NCBI GenBank assembly: GCA_964364765.1
Contig: CAYINK010000001.1
Location: 1 to 27,421, forward strand
Reading direction: 5' to 3'
Length of the DNA: 27,421 nucleotides
Source of the DNA: an uncultured Gammaproteobacteria bacterium
GTDB lineage: Bacteria; Patescibacteriota; Microgenomatia; UBA1406; GWC2-37-13
Positions within the stretch are counted from its first letter, which is position 1; each line of letters opens with the position of its first letter. Positions 17,504 through 25,007 of this stretch are shown one piece after another. A program made the translations under genes and the position numbers. Under the pieces are notes generated by a model, which was given only the letters and a program-made list of their open reading frames with translations, was not told the DNA's origin and searched no databases.

Positions 17504-17512
17504 TGATAAAAT
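17504..17512 (+). promoter_or_regulatory. Extended -10 TGaTAAAAT for the holB-like gene
   Basis: 13 nt upstream of ATG 17526. Confidence 0.45.
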
Positions 17513-17525
17513 TCAATACGGATAT

Positions 17526-18200
17526 ATGATCCCCCAACTAGTTGTACTGTCATCTAAAAATAAACAAGATAAATACCTTGCAGATTTAGTCACCTCACTA
17601 TCCCTCACCTCCTACGATGTTTTTAAAATCACTCCGGAAAACGACAAAACAGGTCTGGGAATCGATCAAATACGCACTCTTTCTGAAGTAATTCTCACGC
17701 AAACGACCACACAAAGAGTGGTAGTGTTATACTCTTTTGAGACTGCGTCTTTGGAGACACAAAACGCCCTTCTTAAAATATTGGAAGAAAAGACCCTACA
17801 CAACGTCTTCATATTATTTACTAATAATATTGAACGAATTATTCCAACAATCAGATCAAGAGTCCAGGTGGTTGTTCTGGATGAAAAAAGAAAAACGCTT
17901 GATAAAGAATTGACATCCCACATGCAAAACCTATTTGAGGCACTTCAGAATCCAAAAAGCAATTCTTATCTACAACTCGGTGTGTTTTCAATAAAAACAA
18001 GGGAAGATACCCTTTTATTCATTGACAACTTTATTTTATTTTTAAAAGCGCATCTCAGGGAGAAAAATGTAAATAAGGTTGTTGCGATTATAAAAAAATC
18101 TATGCAAACAAAAAATAATATTCTTTCACTCAACACCAATCACCAACTATCCCTTGACAATCTGTTGATTTTCGCCCACAAAACAGTTAGCATGAAGTAA
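17526..18200 (+). CDS. Short DNA polymerase III delta-prime-like (clamp-loader AAA+) protein
   Basis: GIDQIRTL, QNALLKILEE, FILFT, IIPTIRSRVQ match the HolB/DnaX core; no Walker A or Zn module; 224 aa. Confidence 0.7.
   Translation: MIPQLVVLSSKNKQDKYLADLVTSLSLTSYDVFKITPENDKTGLGIDQIRTLSEVILTQTTTQRVVVLYSFETASLETQNALLKILEEKTLHNVFILFTNNIERIIPTIRSRVQVVVLDEKRKTLDKELTSHMQNLFEALQNPKSNSYLQLGVFSIKTREDTLLFIDNFILFLKAHLREKNVNKVVAIIKKSMQTKNNILSLNTNHQLSLDNLLIFAHKTVSMK
18165..18193 (+). promoter_or_regulatory. sigma70-like promoter for the pilin cluster, inside the 3' end of the holB-like gene
   Basis: TTGATT (18165-18170), 17 nt, TAGCAT (18188-18193), 18 nt before ATG 18212. Confidence 0.45.
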
Positions 18201-18211
18201 CCTACCAAAAC

Positions 18212-18694
18212 ATGAAAAAAAAGCAAGGATTTACTTTGATTGAGGTACTTGTTGTCATTGCTATTTTGGCGGGTTTGGTGGCTATCTTATTCCCCAACTT
18301 TATGGATGTGCGTGAACGAGCCCGTGATAATCAACGTAAAGCCGATTTAAAAAATTATCAAAAAGCCCTGGAATTTTATAAGGACAATCAAAATCCGCCC
18401 CAGTATCCGGCTGATGCGTCATTTCCTTTGCCTTGCGCTAACTGGACGGTGTCAGGATTTCAATATATGGTAAAGACACCGGGTGAGCCAACCGGCAACT
18501 GCACCACTAATATAAAAAAATATTATTATCACAGTTATGAACCCGCAGATCCTTTACGCTATGATCTGTATGCCTGTCTGGAAAATAAACTTGATCCTGA
18601 AGGAGGCACAGGTCCAGCGGTTGCTCCCTATTTTGACACTCAGGCGGGATATACCTGCACCAGTGGTATATATTACAAAGTTTCTGAACCATAA
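18212..18694 (+). CDS. Type IV pilin / PulG-like
   Basis: KKQG|FTLIEVLVVIAILAG; RDNQRKADLKNYQKALEFY; 4 Cys. Confidence 0.92.
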   Translation: MKKKQGFTLIEVLVVIAILAGLVAILFPNFMDVRERARDNQRKADLKNYQKALEFYKDNQNPPQYPADASFPLPCANWTVSGFQYMVKTPGEPTGNCTTNIKKYYYHSYEPADPLRYDLYACLENKLDPEGGTGPAVAPYFDTQAGYTCTSGIYYKVSEP

Positions 18695-18696
18695 AT

Positions 18697-19089
18697 ATGA
18701 AAAATAAACTTCAAGTAGCCTTTACTCTTATTGAAATGCTTGTTGTGTTAGGGATTATAGCTATCGTAATCACGATAGCCTCCGTATCTTACTCAACTGC
18801 GCAGAAAAAATCCCGTGATTCGCGACGTAAAAGTGACTTAAAAGCTGTCCAAAGCGCGTTCGAACAATATTATTCAGTGTGCGGCTTTCAGTATCCGGTG
18901 GTAGCAAGCGGGTTTGTTCCAACTATAGGTTGTGCAAGTCCGGCAACTGTTTTTTTGCCCACTTCGCCACCTGATCCAAAAAACGGAACTCCTTATCTCC
19001 TACCCACGAGTTCAGCAACTGAATATCAGGTTTGTGTGACGCTTGAATCCGAAAGCCCATCTGGTTTCTGTGTCATCAATCAACAATAG
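18697..19089 (+). CDS. Type IV pilin / PulG-like
   Basis: LQVA|FTLIEMLVVLGII; SRDSRRKSDLKAVQSAFEQYY; 4 Cys. Confidence 0.92.
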   Translation: MKNKLQVAFTLIEMLVVLGIIAIVITIASVSYSTAQKKSRDSRRKSDLKAVQSAFEQYYSVCGFQYPVVASGFVPTIGCASPATVFLPTSPPDPKNGTPYLLPTSSATEYQVCVTLESESPSGFCVINQQ

Positions 19090-19094
19090 TAACT

Positions 19095-19544
19095 ATGAAA
19101 AATGTACATAAAGGCTTTTCGTTTATAGAGATCTTGGTAGTTGTCACCATAATCGGCATTATTTCCGCGGTGGGTATGGTTACTTACACGGAATTTATCA
19201 AACAATCTAGAGACGCAAAAAGAAAGGGCGACCTTGAGCAAATAAGGGGGGCTCTTGAAATATATAAAAGTAAAAATAACGCATACCCCCTGACCGCTGA
19301 GATTGTATTCGGATCAGACTTATGTGACCCACTCCCCGGAGGATGTGGAGCAGGAACATATTTAAAAAAGATAGCCAACGATCCCAAAACGGGAACGTAT
19401 GTGTACTACTATTTGAGCGCAACAGGTTCGGATTATACTATCGGTGCCCATCTTGAACAGGGCAGTACTTCAAACTGCGGAACAAATTGTGGGGGCGGGG
19501 TACAAGTGTGCAATTATTGTCTTGGTCCCTATGGCCAATTATAA
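19095..19544 (+). CDS. Type IV pilin / PulG-like
   Basis: HKG|FSFIEILVVVTII; SRDAKRKGDLEQIRGALEIY; 6 Cys. Confidence 0.92.
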   Translation: MKNVHKGFSFIEILVVVTIIGIISAVGMVTYTEFIKQSRDAKRKGDLEQIRGALEIYKSKNNAYPLTAEIVFGSDLCDPLPGGCGAGTYLKKIANDPKTGTYVYYYLSATGSDYTIGAHLEQGSTSNCGTNCGGGVQVCNYCLGPYGQL

Positions 19545-20067
19545 AAAGCTAAGGGAAAACAGCTTTACTATCATAGAGCTGATTATCGTCGTTACCTTCA
19601 TCCTCCTCTTCACCGGATTTTCCGTAGGATACTATGCTCAATATACGGAGCAAAAAAAACTTGAAAGCGCAAGCCATAGAGTAAGTAGCTTGCTTGACCT
19701 CATGCGGGCAAAAACCATCTCCGGCGACTCATCACTCTGCGGTATGGCGGATCAAACCACAGCCAAAGTTGAGTACTTCAGTTTTTCCATTATCAATGGC
19801 GGTGAGTATTCGCTTCAACCGAAATGTGCAGTAGGGACACCAACACCCATATATTATCTGACTGAGGCAAACATAATTTTCCCGACGCCTACATTATCAA
19901 TACCGTTTTTTTCCGTGTCCGGTGGAGCTACGTGCAGCTATATCTACATTAAAAATACGTCGTTATCAGGAGCTAACGCATGCCGGTATGTGAAAGTATC
20001 AAGTACTGGCCTCATCAGTGAGGACAGTTGCACGGCCTGTGATGCCTGTCCAAGCACGTGCCCATAA
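19531..20067 (+). CDS. Minor pilin, FimT/GspH-like position
   Basis: MANYKKLRENS|FTIIELIIVVTFILLF; start overlaps the previous stop by 14 nt; 8 Cys. Confidence 0.85.
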   Translation: MANYKKLRENSFTIIELIIVVTFILLFTGFSVGYYAQYTEQKKLESASHRVSSLLDLMRAKTISGDSSLCGMADQTTAKVEYFSFSIINGGEYSLQPKCAVGTPTPIYYLTEANIIFPTPTLSIPFFSVSGGATCSYIYIKNTSLSGANACRYVKVSSTGLISEDSCTACDACPSTCP

Positions 20068-20072
20068 ATGAT

Positions 20073-20567
20073 ATGAAACACTATAATAATTACAAAGCCT
20101 TTTCCTTAATTGAGGTACTCATATTTGTAGTTGTATTTTCGCTGTTTTTTGTTACCGCCGCGTCAATCGTTACCACCACTTTGCGTATCACAAAAGAAAA
20201 TCAAAATAAAATAAAAGCTTCACACTATGTGGAAGAACTCCGTGAGTGGTTACGTTCCGAAAAGGAAACAAACTGGGGTGGCTCAATATATGTGGGATCT
20301 ATCAATAGTTTTACCGAACAAGTTTCACAATCAAGCCCCACAACCGGCTTTTGTTTTAATTCATCCCCCATTGGGGCATGGCCTGCCAGCGGCACAAGCA
20401 ACTGTGAATTTACCCTTGATAGCCAATATCGGAGGATTGCAACATTCTCCGCAACTGTTGTGAATGGATTTGTAAATCAAATTTCAGCTAACATATCAAC
20501 CGAATGGAAAGACGGAGATGAAATACGTTCAATACCTTTACAATCAGTGTTCTCAATTTGGGAGTAA
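20073..20567 (+). CDS. Minor pilin, PilV/GspI-like
   Basis: MKHYNNYKA|FSLIEVLIFVVVFSLF; ASHYVEELREWLRS; 2 Cys. Confidence 0.85.
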   Translation: MKHYNNYKAFSLIEVLIFVVVFSLFFVTAASIVTTTLRITKENQNKIKASHYVEELREWLRSEKETNWGGSIYVGSINSFTEQVSQSSPTTGFCFNSSPIGAWPASGTSNCEFTLDSQYRRIATFSATVVNGFVNQISANISTEWKDGDEIRSIPLQSVFSIWE

Positions 20568-20590
20568 TTTGAAATTAGAAATTTGAAATT
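20566..20590. repeat. Short 7-bp-period tandem repeat (GAAATT[A/T] x3)
   Basis: GAAATT at 20571, 20578 and 20585; AATTTGAAATT at 20566-20576 and 20580-20590. Confidence 0.6.
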
Positions 20591-20594
20591 TAAA

Positions 20595-21155
20595 ATGAAG
20601 ACGAAGAGCTTTACGCTTATCGAGATGGTGGTGGTGGTTGGTGTGTTGGGTTTTGCTTTGCCGGTTCTTTTTTCCATTATTTTTCTCATCATTCAGCAAC
20701 AGGCGAGAATTTATTCATTGCAGGAGCTCAAAAGGCAGGGTGACAGCGCTTTCTACAATATCCGGACAACCGTCAAGCAATATGCCGCGACCATCACCGA
20801 CCCCACGGTATACCCGACCACTCTTTATCCTACCATCATTGATGTCTGCCCTATTTATCCGACACCCTCACTCACTCCAGCACCGTTTCTTTATATGTTT
20901 GATAAGGCGGGAGTGGCTTTTTCATATACTTTTCTCAACGACAAGATTGCATCAAACAGCCCGGGAAACGCAATCAGCAATCTCTATTTGACCAATGATA
21001 AAGTGGTGGTTTCCGACCTTCTTTTTAGTTGTTATCATACGAATCAATATAGTCCCGCGATAATTTCTGCTTCATTTAAAGTGACGGAAGGGAATATTTC
21101 AACCAACGCGGCCTCTATGCAGTACAGTACTAAATTTCAACTCCATACGTATTAA
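20595..21155 (+). CDS. Minor pilin, PilW/GspJ-like
   Basis: MKTKS|FTLIEMVVVVGVLG; ELKRQGDSAFYNI; C-terminal MQYSTKFQLHTY beta strand; 2 Cys. Confidence 0.85.
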   Translation: MKTKSFTLIEMVVVVGVLGFALPVLFSIIFLIIQQQARIYSLQELKRQGDSAFYNIRTTVKQYAATITDPTVYPTTLYPTIIDVCPIYPTPSLTPAPFLYMFDKAGVAFSYTFLNDKIASNSPGNAISNLYLTNDKVVVSDLLFSCYHTNQYSPAIISASFKVTEGNISTNAASMQYSTKFQLHTY

Positions 21156-21172
21156 AATGTTTGTAGCTTGAC

Positions 21173-21201
21173 TTGACTTTTCCTCCTTTTTTCAGGATAC
21201 T
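21173..21201 (+). promoter_or_regulatory. sigma70 promoter for pilMNO
   Basis: TTGACT (21173-21178), 17 nt, GATACT (21196-21201), 8 nt to ATG 21210. Confidence 0.7.
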
Positions 21202-21209
21202 GAAAGTAT

Positions 21210-22232
21210 ATGGCGAATTCATCGTTTGGAATTGATATTGGAGAAAAATATACAAGGATAGTGGACCTCTCCTATGATAATGGGAAGATAAACCTTTTAA
21301 GTATGGGGACGGAAAACACGGTACCAAATTTTTTTTCCGATGACACAGAGAAAAGTATTGAGAATCAATCGGAAGTAATTGCCAAGCTTTGTTCAGACCT
21401 AAAAATCATCAAGAAAAAAGTAAGCATCATCATTCCGGACAGCCAATCATTTTCCCAGATACTTGAATTTGCCAAACTCAATGAAAAAGAACTTCTTTCC
21501 GCAGTTCGGTACCAAGCGGATCAGTTTATCCCTATGTCCATAGACGAGGTGGTGCTTGATATAGAGATATTAAAAGATGATAAAATGAGTAAAAAAAATA
21601 CGATACTCATAGTCGCCTCACCAAAAAAAATTGTTGACCGTATTGAAAAAGCGGCGGATATGGCGGGCTTAATCCCCGATTCACTTGAAAATGAACTCAG
21701 TTCATTTGGAAGATTCTTTTCAGAAATTATCAATAAAAAAGGAACGGGTACTTATATTGCTATCAATTTTGGCTTTTCAAGCACTTCCCTCTATTTAATC
21801 GACGCACAAACCTCCCTCATTCTTTTAACCCGAACCGTAAAGATAGGGTTTGATTTGTTTTTAAAAGAATTACGTTTCAATTTTGAGCTTCAGGAATCAA
21901 AGGCAATTGAAGTGCTCCGCACTCTCGGGTTTGAAAAGAACACCTCATACGATATTCCCACCATCGTGTCCCCCATTTTGAAAGAGTTATTGGGGGAAAT
22001 ATCCAAGGTCATCATCCATTCGAAGGAAAAGTATGCCCTCCCCGTGTCAAAGCTGTTTCTTTTCAGCCACAACAATAACATTTTATCTATGGATAAAAAA
22101 CTGTCGGAGGCACTTGCCCTTCCCGTCGAGTCACTCCTAATCCGAGAGCTTCTCATCAATAATCCCGTGTCCCAATCCTTTTCTCTGGAGATGCCGTCAT
22201 ATATTTGTGCCATCGGAGGCGCGCTAAGATGA
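21210..22232 (+). CDS. pilM: Type IV pilus assembly protein PilM (actin-like)
   Basis: FGIDIGEKYTRIV, AVRYQADQFIPMSIDEVVLD, LIVASPKKIVD, INFGFSSTSL, AIGGALR. Confidence 0.9.
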   Translation: MANSSFGIDIGEKYTRIVDLSYDNGKINLLSMGTENTVPNFFSDDTEKSIENQSEVIAKLCSDLKIIKKKVSIIIPDSQSFSQILEFAKLNEKELLSAVRYQADQFIPMSIDEVVLDIEILKDDKMSKKNTILIVASPKKIVDRIEKAADMAGLIPDSLENELSSFGRFFSEIINKKGTGTYIAINFGFSSTSLYLIDAQTSLILLTRTVKIGFDLFLKELRFNFELQESKAIEVLRTLGFEKNTSYDIPTIVSPILKELLGEISKVIIHSKEKYALPVSKLFLFSHNNNILSMDKKLSEALALPVESLLIRELLINNPVSQSFSLEMPSYICAIGGALR

Positions 22233-22831
22233 AAAAAAGACTCAATTTATTCAACCGAAAGAAAAGATTTGATTTTTTTTCTGCCTACGCAAATAAGGTA
22301 AAACAGTATGGCTCGATTTTTGGAGTCATTCTTTTTCTCGTATTTATTTTTACCATTATTCAAACGATCGCGGTACGCGGTCAGGTTCAAAGCTTGACAA
22401 AATCTAAACAAAAATATCTTGCACTTCTTATAAATGATAAAGACATTGAGGCAAACACTCGGTATTTTAAAGGAAAACAGACACAACTGCTCAAATATGA
22501 AAAAGACGACGCCCGCTTTCTTCCCTACTATTCAGTTCTCGTGTCTGCCCTATCCAGCTCGTCCCAGTCGGCGACCCTTGACAGCATTGAAATTGATAAA
22601 AACCGCGACGCGACCTTCATCGTAAAGTTTAAAGATTATGACGGGATGGTACAGTTTCTCAGGTATGTTGAGTCTGAAGAGTTTTTAAGTAATTTTGAGG
22701 CGCTTTCCATGGCAAGTTTGAATTTGTCCCGGTCAAGCGGAAGTACCACCAAAGTTCAATCGGCGGTAAACAAAAATTATCAGTTGCAATTCAAAGGCAG
22801 GTTTAAGGAAATAAATGATCAACCTAGTTAA
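22229..22831 (+). CDS. pilN: PilN-like alignment protein
   Basis: ATGA overlap with the pilM stop and GGAGG SD; N-terminal LNLF motif (PilM-binding INLLP equivalent); single TM, coiled coil and ferredoxin-like domain. Confidence 0.7.
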   Translation: MKKRLNLFNRKKRFDFFSAYANKVKQYGSIFGVILFLVFIFTIIQTIAVRGQVQSLTKSKQKYLALLINDKDIEANTRYFKGKQTQLLKYEKDDARFLPYYSVLVSALSSSSQSATLDSIEIDKNRDATFIVKFKDYDGMVQFLRYVESEEFLSNFEALSMASLNLSRSSGSTTKVQSAVNKNYQLQFKGRFKEINDQPS

Positions 22832-23498
22832 TATACGGAAAATAAGGTATTTCATCCGGGACTATTGGCCTACGCTTCTGACTCTGGCGGCCTTGGGTGT
22901 GGTGACCCTTCTTATCATGGTATCGTACAAGACGTTTAAGGAAAGCAAAAATGATCTTGATGTGCTGACTGAAGAAGTGAAACTTCTGAAAAACCGAAGT
23001 GATACCCTACAATTTAATAAGACGCTGACTGAAGATCAAATTGTCGTTTACAATAAAATACTGACTACCTTAATTCCCGAGACCGAAGATTATTTTTCCA
23101 TCATTTATGCATTGGAAACGATCTCTCAAAATACCGGTTTTTCTATTGTGAGCTATACCATAAATCTCTCCAATACTTCACGGGAAAAACTGTCCATCAA
23201 TATTGAAGGACGCGGAAATCCGAACGATTTTAAACGCTTTCTTGACGCTTATAAATTTTCAGGTGGCCGCCTTATAACAAGTGAGCGGATTGAGTTTTCA
23301 GGTGTCAACTTCACCAATACACGTGTGTCACTCAATTTTTACAGCAAAAAATTTACCTTCAATGAATCGGTGGTCCCACAACTCACCAAGGGTGACGTGG
23401 CTAAATTAGAAGAGATAAAGAAGAAAATCAAAATCTCTTTCAAAGAAGAAGAAGTGCCAACGAAAGAGGAATATGAAGTGAAAGACAATCCGTTTTAA
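22815..23498 (+). CDS. pilO: PilO-like alignment protein
   Basis: Follows pilN; TM, coiled coil, then LIPETED...LETISQNTG and IEGRGN...FKRFL. Confidence 0.65.
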   Translation: MINLVNIRKIRYFIRDYWPTLLTLAALGVVTLLIMVSYKTFKESKNDLDVLTEEVKLLKNRSDTLQFNKTLTEDQIVVYNKILTTLIPETEDYFSIIYALETISQNTGFSIVSYTINLSNTSREKLSINIEGRGNPNDFKRFLDAYKFSGGRLITSERIEFSGVNFTNTRVSLNFYSKKFTFNESVVPQLTKGDVAKLEEIKKKIKISFKEEEVPTKEEYEVKDNPF

Positions 23499-23732
23499 TT
23501 ACTTTCTGTGAAGGATTTTGCGCATACCTTCAGACAATACTGCACCGTTTTGTGTCCATTTATCAAGAAGTTTTTTATCAATGATGAGTTCAGCAGGCTC
23601 TTTCATGGGGTTGTATGTTCCGATCTTTTCAAGATAGCCGCCCACGGGTTTTTTCCTCTTATCCAAAGCAACGATGCGGTACGTGGGATATCCTTTTTTT
23701 CCAAATCTCATAAGCCTGATAGTTACTGACAT
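23499..23732 (-). CDS. rpsP: 30S ribosomal protein S16
   Basis: MSVTIRLMRFGKKGYPTYRIVALDKRKK...YLEKIGTYNP...NGAVLSE. Confidence 0.97.
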   Translation of the reverse strand: MSVTIRLMRFGKKGYPTYRIVALDKRKKPVGGYLEKIGTYNPMKEPAELIIDKKLLDKWTQNGAVLSEGMRKILHRK

Positions 23733-23741
23733 AAGATTCTC

Positions 23742-23747
23742 ATTATA
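23742..23747 (-). promoter_or_regulatory. -10 box TATAAT for rpsP
   Basis: Perfect hexamer 9 nt upstream of the ATG in the 17-bp rnc-rpsP gap. Confidence 0.55.
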
Positions 23748-23749
23748 AC

Positions 23750-24445
23750 TTATTTTTGTAGCAATTCCAGGGCATTTTTGGCGGCAGATTCCTCGGCTTC
23801 TTTTTTTGAGTGACCAAATCCGGTACCCATTTTTTTATTTTTGCAGTAGACTGCAATACTGAACTCTTTTTTATGCTCGGGCCCCTCTTCTTTTTCAATA
23901 ACATAGGTGGGAAGTACTCGGTACTGCGCCTGAAGCAACTCCTGCAGTCGGCTTTTCGGAGAAAGGTACAGTTTATTTTTTACGATATGATCCAATTTGT
24001 CCTTAAAGAGACACTCGACGATAAATGAGTAAGCATCCTCAAAGCTTTGATCGATAAATACCGCGGCAACCAGTGCTTCAAAACAATCCGCGAGGATATT
24101 CTTATTCTCTTTGCCTTCGTTCTGTTCCTCACCCTTGGAAAGCGCAATATAATTACCTAAACTTATTTTTTTTGCAACTTCAGCCAGGCTTTCCGTTCTC
24201 ACAATCGATGCTTTAATATCGGTATAGGTGCCCTCATCCAGATCCGGGTAGTTTTTGTATAGATAAATAGAAGTCACGAGTGACAAAACACTGTCACCTA
24301 AGAATTCCAGTTTCTCATTGGAGGGTAGATGATATTTCTTATGTTCGTTGAGAAATGAACGGTGTATAAAGACATTTTCAAGAAGAACCTGGTCCTTAAA
24401 GACAATATGTATTTTTTTCTCTAAGGTCAAAAATTTATTTTTCAT
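23750..24445 (-). CDS. rnc: Ribonuclease III
   Basis: SNEKLEFLGDSVL signature, ILADCFEALVAAVFIDQ, dsRBD SPKSRLQELLQ...GPEHKKEF...GHSKKEAEESAA. Confidence 0.97.
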   Translation of the reverse strand: MKNKFLTLEKKIHIVFKDQVLLENVFIHRSFLNEHKKYHLPSNEKLEFLGDSVLSLVTSIYLYKNYPDLDEGTYTDIKASIVRTESLAEVAKKISLGNYIALSKGEEQNEGKENKNILADCFEALVAAVFIDQSFEDAYSFIVECLFKDKLDHIVKNKLYLSPKSRLQELLQAQYRVLPTYVIEKEEGPEHKKEFSIAVYCKNKKMGTGFGHSKKEAEESAAKNALELLQK

Positions 24446-24794
24446 GTTGTTTGATATATTTTCCCAAGACACCATTCACAAACGAATATGACTTTTCACC
24501 CCCCAATTCCTTAGCAAGCTCAATTGCCTCGTTTATCACTACTTTTATTGGTTCATGGGGCGCAATTGCCAGCTCATACACTGCCAGGCGCAAAATGGCC
24601 AGATCAATTTTGGCAATTTTATCTATAGGAAACTTGATGGCAAGGGATGCAATGGACTTGTCTATCTCCGTTATATTATCGATAATGTGTTGCGTCAGGT
24701 CGTTTGGGTAAGGTAGTGAAGCAACGTTTGTTAAAAAAGTATACGCAAAAATATTCTGGACGGTTTCCATGCGTTTTTTATGCCGTGTATCCAT
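24435..24794 (-). CDS. nusB: Transcription antitermination factor NusB
   Basis: IAKIDLAILRLAVYEL, VVINEAIELAKELGGEKSYSFVNGVLG. Confidence 0.95.
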   Translation of the reverse strand: MDTRHKKRMETVQNIFAYTFLTNVASLPYPNDLTQHIIDNITEIDKSIASLAIKFPIDKIAKIDLAILRLAVYELAIAPHEPIKVVINEAIELAKELGGEKSYSFVNGVLGKYIKQHEK

Positions 24795-24812
24795 AAAAGA
24801 GCCGGGAATGAA

Positions 24813-24965
24813 TTACTTATTGCAATACTTGCAGATGCGATGGGGCATTTTGGTCTTACCACAGTTACTGCAGGCTACCAATACGGGTAACGGCGTAGCA
24901 GTACCATGGGCTAATCTCTTGCCTTTTCGACGGGTCGAATGTTTGCGTTTTGGTAAAGGGGCCAT
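24813..24965 (-). CDS. rpmF: 50S ribosomal protein L32 (Zn-ribbon, C+ form)
   Basis: Not in the ORF track (50 aa): MAPLPKRKHSTRRKGKRLAHGTATPLPVLVACSNCGKTKMPHRICKYCNK. Confidence 0.95.
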   Translation of the reverse strand: MAPLPKRKHSTRRKGKRLAHGTATPLPVLVACSNCGKTKMPHRICKYCNK

Positions 24966-24971
24966 GTAGTT

Positions 24972-25000
24972 ATGATACCACACGGGAAGATATTTTCCAA
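24972..25000 (-). promoter_or_regulatory. sigma70 promoter for rpmF-nusB-rnc
   Basis: TTGGAA (25000-24995), 17 nt, extended -10 TGgTATCAT (24980-24972), 6 nt to ATG. Confidence 0.65.
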
Positions 25001-25007
25001 GAGTTAT

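Noticed and set aside
18154-18159. Perfect TTGACA near the pilin cluster
   Set aside because: No -10 at 16-18 nt; the TTGATT/TAGCAT pair fits better.
19444-19530. Long leader on the 19444 ORF
   Set aside because: Overlaps the upstream pilin's coding region; ATG 19531 gives a normal class III leader.
18212-21155. N-x-S/T sequons in most pilins suggesting N-glycosylation
   Set aside because: About one per domain is expected by chance from Asn/Ser/Thr-rich composition, and no PglB/AglB is recognisable in the window.
24769-24969. 66-aa plus-strand ORF
   Set aside because: Antisense shadow of rpmF.
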